64,000 bases of DNA, taken from Octopus vulgaris. Lineage: Eukaryota. A program made the translations under genes and the position numbers. The notes under the pieces were generated by a model, which made no database searches, was not told the origin of the DNA, and saw only the letters and a program-made list of their open reading frames with translations. The stretch lies in NCBI GenBank assembly GCA_951406725.2, contig OX597820.1, positions 100,192,001 through 100,256,000 of the forward strand, in the 5' to 3' direction. Below, in pieces: positions 12,568 to 23,876 of the stretch (position 1 is the stretch's first letter; every line of letters begins with the position of its first letter).

Positions 12568-13676
12568 GGATGAAAAACATGAAAGACCGAAAAAAACTTC
12601 ACTCTATTCTGAAAGAGAGCAAAAATTCGCTACTGATTTCTTAGATACCTACCAGATTGATTTGAAGGAAATGCGCCAACTGCTGCTGCAAAGAAAATAA
12701 AATTAATTGCAAAGACAAAAGCACATGAAAAATTAGCTAGCAGATGGGAACAGAAACCTCTGCATGGCAAGTAAGTGGCCCGTAGCAAACAAGCTGATGT
12801 CGACCAGAAACACACGCATCAATGGTTACGAAGCTCAAGGCTAAAAGCAGAGAGTGTAGGTTTCATATTGGCTGCTCAAGACCAAAGCTTATTAACCCGG
12901 AACTACCAAGCCAATGTAAAAAAAAAATAGAACTGACCCAAAATGCCGATTCTGTAACAATGAGATTGAAACTATAGGCTACCTAATCTCAGGGTGTAGA
13001 GTCTTAGCATCTGTACAATATAAAGCAAGACATGACAGAGTCGGCCAGTATTTACACTGGACAATATGTCGGCATTATAAAATCAAAACCGCTGACAAAT
13101 GGTATAAACACCATCCTGAAGCTGTGACTGAGGGAGAAAATGTGTCGATTCTATGAGACTTCCCTGTACATACTGACAAGCTATAAAAGCTAATAAACCG
13201 GATATTATTATAAAAGATGAGACAAAAAAGGTGTGTATATTAATTGACATGAGTTTTCTTTGCGATCACAATATAGCAGTGAAGGAATTTGACAAGATCA
13301 GAAAATATAAAGACTTGCTAATAGAAATTTAAAAAATGTGGCGTCTCAATGCGACTACAGTACCAGTGATTGTAGGATCTCTAGGAATGATTAAAAAAAA
13401 AGGTACTGAAACTTATTTGAAAATGATACCAGGCTTACCATCCCTACAGGAAGTGCAAGAAATCGTGTTAACTGGAACGACTCATGTACTGAGAAAAGCA
13501 TTATCGCTGTGAAATCAACATCCATTCATGAATTTATTTATTTATTAATTTTTAAAATACATATTTTACCTGTGAATTTACGTGTGTAATCTGGGAATGC
13601 ATACAATGAGCTTCTCTGCCGTAGGTGTACGGAAAACACCCGGCGAGAAACGGAAGAAAATTTGAAGAAAGAAGGA

Positions 13677-13678
<2 letters not shown>
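12568..13678 (+). mobile_element. R4/Dong-clade non-LTR retrotransposon, 3' fragment in (TAA)n
   Basis: Degenerate AAQDQSL, C-x2-C zinc knuckle (KCRFC), RHD, NKPDII and restriction-like endonuclease region. Flanked on both sides by (TAA)n. Confidence 0.8.
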
Positions 13679-13744
<66 letters not shown>

Positions 13745-13747
<3 letters not shown>

Positions 13748-15165
13748 TAGATGGAGTAAGCAAATTAATGTTGTGGTCATAGAGTGTTACCACCTGAGCA
13801 GCCCGGTAGATGAAAATGGGGTTCAAATTAGGGATTACCGACAAGGTATGTATGATCATTGGAGAGAAAAGGGAATGTTTCAACTCACGGAACAGAGACT
13901 ATGTGATCAAACTAGAGCAATAAGGAAAAATTATTCGTTCACAGAAGTAGAGCTCGAAGCTATCAAAAGACGGGTCATGGAAAATGGCAGCAGAGATAAC
14001 AATGAAAATACAGTTCTTACTAATAAGAGTAATCTCATAGCACAGGAAAGGAGCGGCAAAAAGGCAATCTACAACAGAATAAAGGTAAGACTACAAGAGA
14101 ACGCTAGCAACATTATTTGCAACCTTTAAAAGGTTGATCGATGGAAATTGAACCAAGAAACGAAAAATGTCAATGAAATTCTGAAATACATCAGAACAAA
14201 CAACATCACAGAAACAAATAATTTGATCAAAGCAGCAAGTATTGTTGTAGCAAAAAACGTGGGTGTCGATGTCAAAAAAATAAGCGAAAATAATGGGAGT
14301 GACAAAAGAAAAGATCCATGGTGGAAAAGAAAAATCCAGGCAGGGTTAGACATGCACTCGAAGGAAATATCTATGTTAGACCGAAAAGAGAAAGTGGAAC
14401 TTAAAAGAGAACAAAAATACAGGGCGCTGAAAAAGAAGTATAATATTGAAAGAAAGGGCCCGAAAGTAATAATAGAGAAACTGAAACAGCGCCTCATTGC
14501 AAAGAATGCAAAGATGGTAAGATACGACCAAAGAATGAAGGGTTGCCACCAGAATAGGTTATTCAGAGTAGATCAGAAGAAATTCTATAAAGAAATAATT
14601 GGAGAGTGTACAGATGAAAAGTTGATGCCAGATAACACTGAAAGTCAAAAGGTTTTGGAGTGACATCTGGAGCAAAGACAAGGAGCACAAGAAGGATGCT
14701 GAATGGTTGCAAGGACTGAAACAAACAGTAGTCTGTCCAAAACGAGCAGAACTGGTCATTTTCGTTAGGGAAGTGAAGGAAATCAGCAAACAACTGAGCC
14801 ACTGGAAGGCCCCGGGACCAGATGCAGTTCAAGGCTACTGGATCAAAAGATTTGGTGAATGTCATGCACGAATAGTTGCGCAACTCAACACTTTGTTAAA
14901 TGCCGACCAAGTAACACCAGAGTGGTTTACATTGGGTAGGACAGTGCTGTGCCTGAAAAACATCGAAAAAGGCAATATGGTAGACAATTACAGGTCGATA
15001 TCCTGTTTGCCACTTATGTGGAAGTTATTGACTGGAATACTCGCAGAGTCAAAGTACGAACATCAGGAAAACAATGGTGTCCTGCCACATGGGCAGAAGG
15101 ATTGCAAGCGTAAGTGCAGATGTATCAAGGATCAACTCCTGATAATCAAAACTGTACTTAGAGAC
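13745..15165 (+). mobile_element. R4/Dong-clade element, N-terminal region and start of RT
   Basis: RWSKQIN...EQRLCDQTRAIRK N-terminal domain, PWWKRKI, WKAPGPDAVQGYWIK, ISCLPLMWKLLTG; frameshifted. Confidence 0.85.
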
Positions 15166-15979
15166 CGAACACCGGTCACGAGGAGAGAGAGGAGAGAGGT
15201 AGATGTAGAGAGACAGAAGAATAAGGAGGGACGAGAAAAAAGGAAAAGGGACAGAGTGAAGTGAAAAAGGAGGGAAGATGAGAATGAAGAGAAAGCCAGG
15301 AAATGTGAGAGAGGGGGAACGAAAGAAAGAAGAGTGGAAAGAACGAGATGTGAAGGGGCTGATAGAAAGAAAGAAGAAATGAAAGAATAAGGTAGTCGTA
15401 CAAAATTTAGATATATATATATGTACTTACATAAGAGACCAAAGTGTACGTACGCCGCCATATGTATATAAAAAGGAATACAAAAAATGGGACCAAAACG
15501 CAAAGCATCCAGACAGTTAGATGATACAAAAAAGGAACAACAAAACTTCCAGACAGATGATACAAAAAAAGAAAAGAAAAACAAAGACGAGTCATTCGGA
15601 GTTTTCTTTTTTCAGTCGAGTTCCTGATTATCTTTGCAATTTCGGCTGCTTATACTCGAGATTGCTCCAATCCGGCCAGCCCCAAAGAAAGGCTAAACTA
15701 AGAGCACTAGATTCCTTGGAAGAAAGCAGCGAATGTACACGAAAACAAGGACGAAAAAAAAACGAAGAAATGCTATATAAATACAAATGCAATATATATG
15801 TGTGTGTGTGTATATATATATATATTAAATTAGCGAAAAACAGTGAAAATCATAAACCAATACATAGAAATAAAAATAATTAATAAAAAATATATAAAAT
15901 ATAAAATTCAAAATTTAAATTATTTAAATTTAAAGTTAAAATTAAAAAAATTATTTAAATTAATAATTTATACTTATAA

Positions 15980-16015
<36 letters not shown>

Positions 16016-16023
16016 ATTATTAT

Positions 16024-16489
16024 TCAGTAGTTTTATTTTTATAGCGTGCTTTCACTTCACTACCGAGCGCAGCTCTGTGTGCCTTGGGTATGTGCTGTGA
16101 TTTGTTGTGATGCTCTGATGGTTATTGTATGGAAAGTGTTCTGCGTAGGATGTGTGCAGTGCCTAGTAGTGCAATTTTCTGTATGTTATATGTGTTTGTA
16201 AGTCCTGGTGTTTTTGTTATGTATTTGTCTGAATATTTTTTTATCATGCCTAATGCACCTACTATGATAGGAATTGTTTCTGTTTTCAGGTTCCACATTC
16301 TAGTTACCTCTATTTCCAGGTCTTTGTATTTTGAGAGTTTCTCCATTTCTTTTAGAGACACGTTGTCATCTGCCGGTATTGATACATCAATTAGAAAGCA
16401 TTTTTTTCTTCATGGTCTCTGACAACTATATCTGGTCTGTTGGCCTTAATTTCTCTATCTGTGTGTATCGGCATATCTGTGTGTATCGG

Positions 16490-16490
<1 letters not shown>
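16024..16490 (-). mobile_element. R4/Dong-clade 3' fragment in (TAA)n
   Basis: KLSKYKDLEIEVTRMW..IPIIVGALG..QKIALLGTAHILRRTL endonuclease C-terminus; (TTA)n on both flanks. Confidence 0.85.
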
Positions 16491-16571
<81 letters not shown>

Positions 16572-16634
16572 TTGATATATATATATAACTATCAAAAAGT
16601 ATTAAAAGTTTAATATAAGATAAAGAGTAAAAAC

Positions 16635-16728
16635 ACTACGATCGTTTCATGCCCATAAACCAATTCGAATAACAATAATTTTAATTCAATTAATAATTCG
16701 AATTATGGTTATAGGCAATATTCAGCTT
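16635..16728 (-). ncRNA. Degenerate hammerhead-like motif with long stem II
   Basis: Minus strand: CTGAATA-TTGCCTATAACCATAATTCGAAT...ATTCGAATTGGTTTATGGGCAT-GAAA-CGATCG-TA; stem I does not pair. Confidence 0.35.
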
Positions 16729-18275
16729 AATTATAATATTTAAATAAATAATCAGAAATATTTAAACAATATTTTTCAAGAAATAAATAAAATAATAATT
16801 TTTCTTATAAAAAACTCTATTATCAAACTAGAAACTTAACGATTATGATTATGTCATACAATCGATTATAATGTTAAATATTAATTTTAAAGTATTAATT
16901 TTTAAGGTAAGAAACCCACAAATAATCTAATATCAGTTATAGTCAATATCTAATTACACACATATTTTACCAAAAAAATGACTATTCATATTATTAAATA
17001 TAATTTCTAGTCAAATAATTATATAATATTTGAATAATAAATAAATTATCAATGAAAATATATAAATGTAAATAAATATTAGAATTAAGATCTAAAATTA
17101 TCTCTATCAATAAATATATATGCACGTATAATAAAGACCTAATAAATTAATTATTCATTATTACTTATAAAAATATTAAAAGATTAAAAGATTAAAGATG
17201 AAATAGCTAACTGTAAAAAAACAAACAAACAATCTTAAACGAACACTATAACAAATTAATGTACTATATATCTCTTTGGCTAACTAATAACTTTCAAAAA
17301 ATCGTATAGTTAAAATAGAATAATAAAATACTTAATGAAATAATCAATCCGTAGTTATATAGTATCAAATAAATACTACATATTTATCAATGGGAAGAAT
17401 ATTACTACCAATTATCGATATAAAAAAAACAATATATAAGTTATAATAACAATTATAAGAAATTTAAAATAACTATCAACAAATATAGTTATTTAACTAA
17501 AATTTATGCTATCAATACATGTATATACATGAAACCTAACTTTAAAAAACTCGTATAACTGTTAAAGCTCTATATATCTCTTTGGCTAAGTAAAGTTTTA
17601 CGAATAAACGTAAAGTTAATATGTAATAATTATATAGAAAATATTACGATAATTAGATTATTACATAACCATCAATATTTATATAAAAAAAACAATATTA
17701 TACTATAAGACTTATTAAAATATTTAAATTTTTAAATTTAAAAATCTTAAATATAAATATATACTTAGCTTTGCGAGGTTTTCTGATGAACTAAATTTTA
17801 AATCGGAAAACGTCCTTACAGCGTTTATAAGAATACTCGTGGAATTACGTTATTAGTAAAAAAAAAAGAATAAATTGTTGAATAATTCTTTAAACGTAAG
17901 GAACTACAAATACGCTTTATCAATGAAAAGTATGAATGGAAACAGTTATGGTTTATCAATAAATGTAAATAGAATGAAGTCACAAATAAAGAATAGAATC
18001 ACTCTATACTATAAGATTTATTATTAAAATAACTATGATAAATAATACTTAATACTAAATAAATTAAATAATTAAAAACTACTAATTATTAAGTATACTC
18101 TAAAAATCTTATATGATTAATAAATATATATAAAAAAATTATAGTAAACCCTCGACTTACTATTAAATTCTTTCCCAAATTACTCTTATTTATAAGCTAA
18201 AACTCGTGATCAAAACCAATGTCTCGTAAAACACTTCTCATAATGTGAGGTATAACCGTGCATGCGTATACATAC

Positions 18276-18328
<53 letters not shown>

Positions 18329-18559
18329 AAATAATACATATGATATACACATATATACACACACACATTTAACTTTTGAATTTTATATTTTATATATTTT
18401 TTATTAATTATTTTTATTTCTATGTATTGGTTTATGATTTTCACAGTTTGATTTGCCTAATAGTGGTTTTATCTCTAATTTAATATATATATCTATACTA
18501 TAAAATTAGATCTAATCCTAAATCTAATTTTTCCCTGTAAGTTTGGATTTACTCCCTAA

Positions 18560-18613
<54 letters not shown>

Positions 18614-18615
18614 CA

Positions 18616-18735
<120 letters not shown>

Positions 18736-18950
18736 CGTATGTCGTAACTTCTCTTAATCTTGCCAATATATCACCTCATGGATGGTCAGGTAGCATGAAT
18801 TACACAAACATTTAGAATTTTGTTTTTCATTATTGGAGAGACATGTCCAAATTCATAAAAGTTTATCACAGAAAAATATTCAAACACATAACGAGAGTGA
18901 AATCCCCGCCATTTCATTACCCAACGAATCTGTGACATTAGAATCAAATG

Positions 18951-19265
18951 CAGTGGTTCTCAACCAGGATATGACCCCTGAGGGGTCCATACCAGGAAAA
19001 TAGTAAATTTAGAATCCACAGCGGTATTTTAAAGTTGCATGAAAATTTTTTATTCAAGTACATTTATTACAAGAGACAGCTTTTCATTCTCTAACGTTTT
19101 ACATAGATCAACTTATGCAAATTATTGTGTGAAAAACAAAATAGGAATCTTGAAAGAAACCTCTATAAAACTAATTTTTTACGCATCGAATGGCTTTAGG
19201 CGTCCACCAGAATGGAATGATTATCAAAGGCTGTCCATAGTTTTAAAAATTGGCTGAGAACCAGT
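18951..19265. mobile_element. hAT (Charlie-like) MITE
   Basis: Imperfect TIRs CAGTGGTTCTCAACC / GGCTGAGAACCAG. Confidence 0.6.
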
Positions 19266-19632
19266 TATCTAATGTATTTAATGATTATTTTTATTAAATA
19301 CAACATCAAAGATTGGTTAACAAGCCTTTTCCACACGATGACAATAGACTGTGGGATGGAGAACTAGATGTTAGTATGACTCTGAATCGTAAGGTTTTAT
19401 AGATAGAGTAAGGATCGAAGTAGTAAAACGAAAGGCGTCTCTCTTGCATAAACGCGTTACATCTATATTGCAAAAACGCATATCTGTATTACATATAATA
19501 TACTGCCAGTCAATAAAAATCAATTCTCCTACCGAAGAAATGCTTTGATGATACTGCTCAGCATGCCCAAACTTGTCGGAGCTAGCAAACTATAGATTAA
19601 CACCGTATTGAATTTCACATCGAAATTAAGGA

Positions 19633-19860
19633 TACATACATGCATGCATGCATGCATACATACATACATACATACATACATACATACATACATACATACA
19701 TACATACACACATACATACATACATACATACATACATACATACATACATACATGCAAGCATGCATGCATGCATACATACATACATACATACATACATACA
19801 TACATACATACATACATACATACATACATACATACATACATACATACATACATACATACA
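19633..19860. repeat. (CATA)n microsatellite
   Basis: Direct reading; also about 6890-7010 and 58983-59065; (GATA)n at about 3170-3367. Confidence 0.98.
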
Positions 19861-19889
19861 AATATACACACTTAAATACATACGTACAT

Positions 19890-21941
19890 AAATTGTGCCA
19901 CCAGCAACATTACAATACCTGGGTCAGCTGGAGGTAAAAAGGAGGTATGAGGTTGTATACAGCAGCTACTTATTAACAAAATGATCATGGAAGAAACAGT
20001 AAAAACCAAAATCGAAGGAATTTCACCATAGTGTGGCTGAACTATCAGACGGCTTTAGATAGTATACCACATGGGTGGATTATCAAGGCTTTACAGTTAA
20101 CCAAAGTTCCACAACCACTAATAAGTGCAATTGAACACCCGACCAAGACTTGGCACACCACTTTCCTCATTATGAGTGATAAGGAGCAAACCGAGTCCGA
20201 TACCATTCACAACCCAAAAAGGAAAGGCAACTTTCAGGGTAATAGACTGTTGGTGTTGCTCTTTGTCCACTCATTAAACCCATATGATATCTACTCACAA
20301 AACTTTCTGACCAGAGAAATAGATCCAGAAATATCTCCCATCTTTTGTTTGTCGGCAACCTGAGACTGTATGGGCCAAATATCAACCATATAAAAAACAA
20401 CTGGACCTCATAGCCCAATTTTCTACAGATATTGGGGTTAAATTTGGTGATTCCAAATGTGTATATTTAATTGCAAAACGTAGAAAAGTTGTGAATAAAC
20501 GGCTTGACAATACAACTTCTATAGTCAAAGGACAATTATAGGTATCTCGGACAAGATGGGAATGTCAGATATGAAGGACTCATGAATAAAGAGCGGACCA
20601 AAAATGAATACCTCAGGAGAGTAAAGAGAATATGATCATCAAAACTCTCAGTTTACAATAAGCATATTGCCCACAATATTTTAGCAGTGCCCGTCCTCAC
20701 ACCTACGTTTGGCCTTGTGAACTGGTCATTACAAGAACTCATTGAGATAGATGTTCAAACTTGCAAACTGATCAATGTTACAGGAAAATTCAATATCAAT
20801 GGAGATGTAGACAGGTTATACTTCCCACGCAAGGATGGTGGCCGTGGTCTCAAATCTGTATTGATGTCATATGAAACACGTATTGTGATACTGAAACAAT
20901 ATCTACAGCCGAGGAAAGAGAGCAGTAAGTATCTTACCCAAATTTGTGACCATGAAACCAATAACATAACTACAATAGTTGATGGTCTTGAGAGGCGGTA
21001 TGAAATAAGAGCTGATACAGATCTCTCCCCAAGGAACATTGTTAAAATCTATTTATCAGAACAATAGAATTAAAATAGTAACTTATTCACTGAGATTATA
21101 CATGAGTACTTGGCACGTTAAACACAAACCATAGAAGAGATTGATTATGTTAAAAGCTTAGCATAAAGTATTAACAAGTTTATGACACTTTGGAGGCTAC
21201 ATCCATCCAAACCAAGAACAAGAGATTCCCACCGAGTACCTGTAGCATAAAAAGCAGAAAGCGTTGACAACCAACAAACGTAGACTGTGCAAGACCACAA
21301 TTGAAGACATCAATCACATTATTGTCAACTGTAAGAGAATGTCTTCTAGTTATTATCTTCCCATAAGGCATGATGTGGTGGCCAGAACAGTGTGAAACAG
21401 GATAGCAAGAAAAGAAAACATCATCAAATGAAGTTGACAATTTTGAGACTGATAGATCAAAAGAATACTGGTGTAACTTAAAAATTAAAACAGCTTCCAA
21501 GTTAAAACACAGCCGGCCAGATCTTAACCCTGTGCAACCACAAAAAATAAGATATGCTCTGTAGTAGAAATCATCTGCCCTCTGGACACGAATGAGGTTA
21601 GAAAAACACAAGGAAAAGAGGACATCTATGGGCCATTGATAAGGAGTTTGCAAATCCAGTACCCAAGATACACTTTCAGCTTCATACTTATTATTGGAGC
21701 AATAGGATACATACCATCACTTCTGAAACAAAGTATGGCTGAACTTGGGATCTTGGGGAGAGAAAGTAAATCCTTAATTCATATTCTTAATAATCATGAT
21801 ATCTAGGGCTATAAAAGTCTGCAAGACCTACTTATGATTTAAAGGATGACGGTTAAAACAAGATACTTTCCTTTACAACCGTTCTCCAAAGTAAGTGGCC
21901 GGTATAGATTTTCTCTGAATTAAGAGAAAGAGAAGAACGAA
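19890..21941 (+). mobile_element. R4-clade non-LTR retrotransposon, decayed, flanked by (CATA)n
   Basis: WLNYQTALDSIPHGWI, FQG, RLYFPRKDGGRGL, RHD and RPDL remnants. Preceded by a long (CATA)n and followed by ACATACATAC. Confidence 0.8.
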
Positions 21942-22044
21942 CATACATACATTACATACAAACACACACATACACGCTCTCTCTCTATTTCTCTCTCTCT
22001 TATACACGAATAATTATATATATACGTGATTGTTTATTCGTGTG

Positions 22045-22086
<42 letters not shown>

Positions 22087-22198
22087 TATCTGTCACCAAT
22101 GAGTTTGTAGGTATGACTGTGTGTAAATGATGCAACAACACCTTTCGAATATTTAATAGTAACTTTAATTTTACTACACAAATCAAATTTTCAGGTTG

Positions 22199-22524
22199 CT
22201 CATTAATTAAAAAAAGAACTACCACTCTGTCGATTACAACGACGAGCGTTCCAGTCTGTTCCAGCGGAACAGCCTGCTCACGAAATTAGTGTATATATCG
22301 CCAGTTCCTAAATACCCAAACAGCAAGTCGCGAAAAAGTAACTCTTCATCCATGAAATTCAATGAAAGAAATATATCGATGAATTAGTTAAATGATTAAA
22401 AGTAAAAGGACCTGAATTAGCATATGTGATTCAATATGCAAAACATATGCTGTTCCGTTGATCGAACCAACTGGAACCCTCGTCGTCATAAACGACAGAG
22501 TGCTAGCTCTTTTTAATTAATGAG
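22199..22524. repeat. Foldback element with ~75-bp terminal inverted repeats
   Basis: ctcattaattaaaaa...ggaacagc (22199-22273) is an imperfect reverse complement of gctgttcc...tttaattaatgag (22449-22524). Confidence 0.6.
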
Positions 22525-23109
22525 TAGAAGAGGATCATTACAATTGTAAAGAAATAAAATTAAATTATCTTATTGTCTTTAATTTTCAATACACACTGTA
22601 CGCAAACCATTTAACTTCACTGGCCCAAAACCACAAAATTTCAAGCGCTAAATCAAATGAAATTCTACAGTAATTGCGCAATGTCTGGATGAAAACAACT
22701 TACAACCCGCGAGTATCTTCGATTTTAACGTAAACGAGAATACTTTCTTGCTCTTGCTTTTTCTTTTTTTTTTTTTTTCTTGAATGAATTCTTCAAGAAT
22801 GGTGGCACCCTATCTTTGACACACATTTAACCTTTACCTAGAATTGATTCCTGTCTTGTACGAGTAATCACAAGGCAGATGCGCCCCACAATGCTGAACC
22901 AGAAATCTTTGCTCCCTCTTCTCGCATAGTTTTGATAAACTCATATTGATCATTCCCCTTTAACACACAATGCTAGCAAAAACAAAAAATGAATAACTGC
23001 ATTCTTAAGGATTTCGATTTAGTTTAGATGTTTATTTACATTTATTCTGCGAATAAAACAGATTAGATCGAATCCAAATGACCATCCAGATTAAACCTAC
23101 ACTGGCTTA

Positions 23110-23149
<40 letters not shown>

Positions 23150-23155
<6 letters not shown>

Positions 23156-23876
23156 AGGTAAATAGATGAATGAATTATCCTTTGTTTACCGTTAACATGG
23201 AAAATTCAATAAACAGTTACCAGGGTAACAAAATTCACGCAAGTAACAAGGATGAAGCGACCTATTGAAAGGTAGAAACTCCGAGTTAATGTGCAGTAAT
23301 TTGTGTAGTATAAGTAAATAAATGGAGTTGAACGCAGATGCTATTCAAATTATTTTGCTTTCGACATATGTTTCGAAGACAACATTGGTTCTATTCCAAA
23401 GGAATAAACGGTGTAAAATGCAATCTTCTCATCAGGAAAGAAAGAGAGCCTACCTCAGCAACAAGACATTATAACAATTTCGATGACTGCATAAATGATA
23501 AACAGAACGTTATTAAGTATTTTAAAAAACCGTTAGTGGATTCGACGTCAAAGGCAGATACTAGAAAGAGAAGGGGTAAAGAAATAATTAGAGAACAAAT
23601 AAAGAGGGACACATTGATTGAAAAGATTGATCAAAGGCTTGGAAGTAGATTTCTCTATTGAAGTAAAGTGCAAGTTAAACTAACTGTTCAAACTATAAAG
23701 ACTGGTAAAATTACTTATTTGAGCTAAAGGTATGTTTCTGCCAGTGTTTACATTTGTAAGATCGCTCTATAAGTGTGTTAACAAGGTGAATCTTAGAGAA
23801 GAGAATATGGAAGAGTTCAGAATTGCAAATGTTACAAAAACCTTTGCCCTTATCATAAGGGAAAGAAAGTGTTGTA
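23150..23876 (-). mobile_element. Penelope-like element remnant carrying the hammerhead
   Basis: Minus-strand peptide SFPYDKGKGFCNICNSE...LVNTLIERSY resembles the PLE RT thumb (SIPYSQALRIRRICS...LxxRGY). The hammerhead lies 3' of it, where a pLTR is expected. Confidence 0.55.
23358..23440 (-). ncRNA. Type I hammerhead ribozyme, canonical core
   Basis: Minus strand reads CTTTC-CTGATGA-GAAGATTGCATT...AATGTTGTCTTC-GAAA-CATATG-TC-GAAAG. Stem I is 5 bp (CTTTC/GAAAG), the CUGAUGA and GAAA boxes are intact, stem II is closed by G-C, stem III is palindromic, and the cleavage triplet is GUC. Confidence 0.8.
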
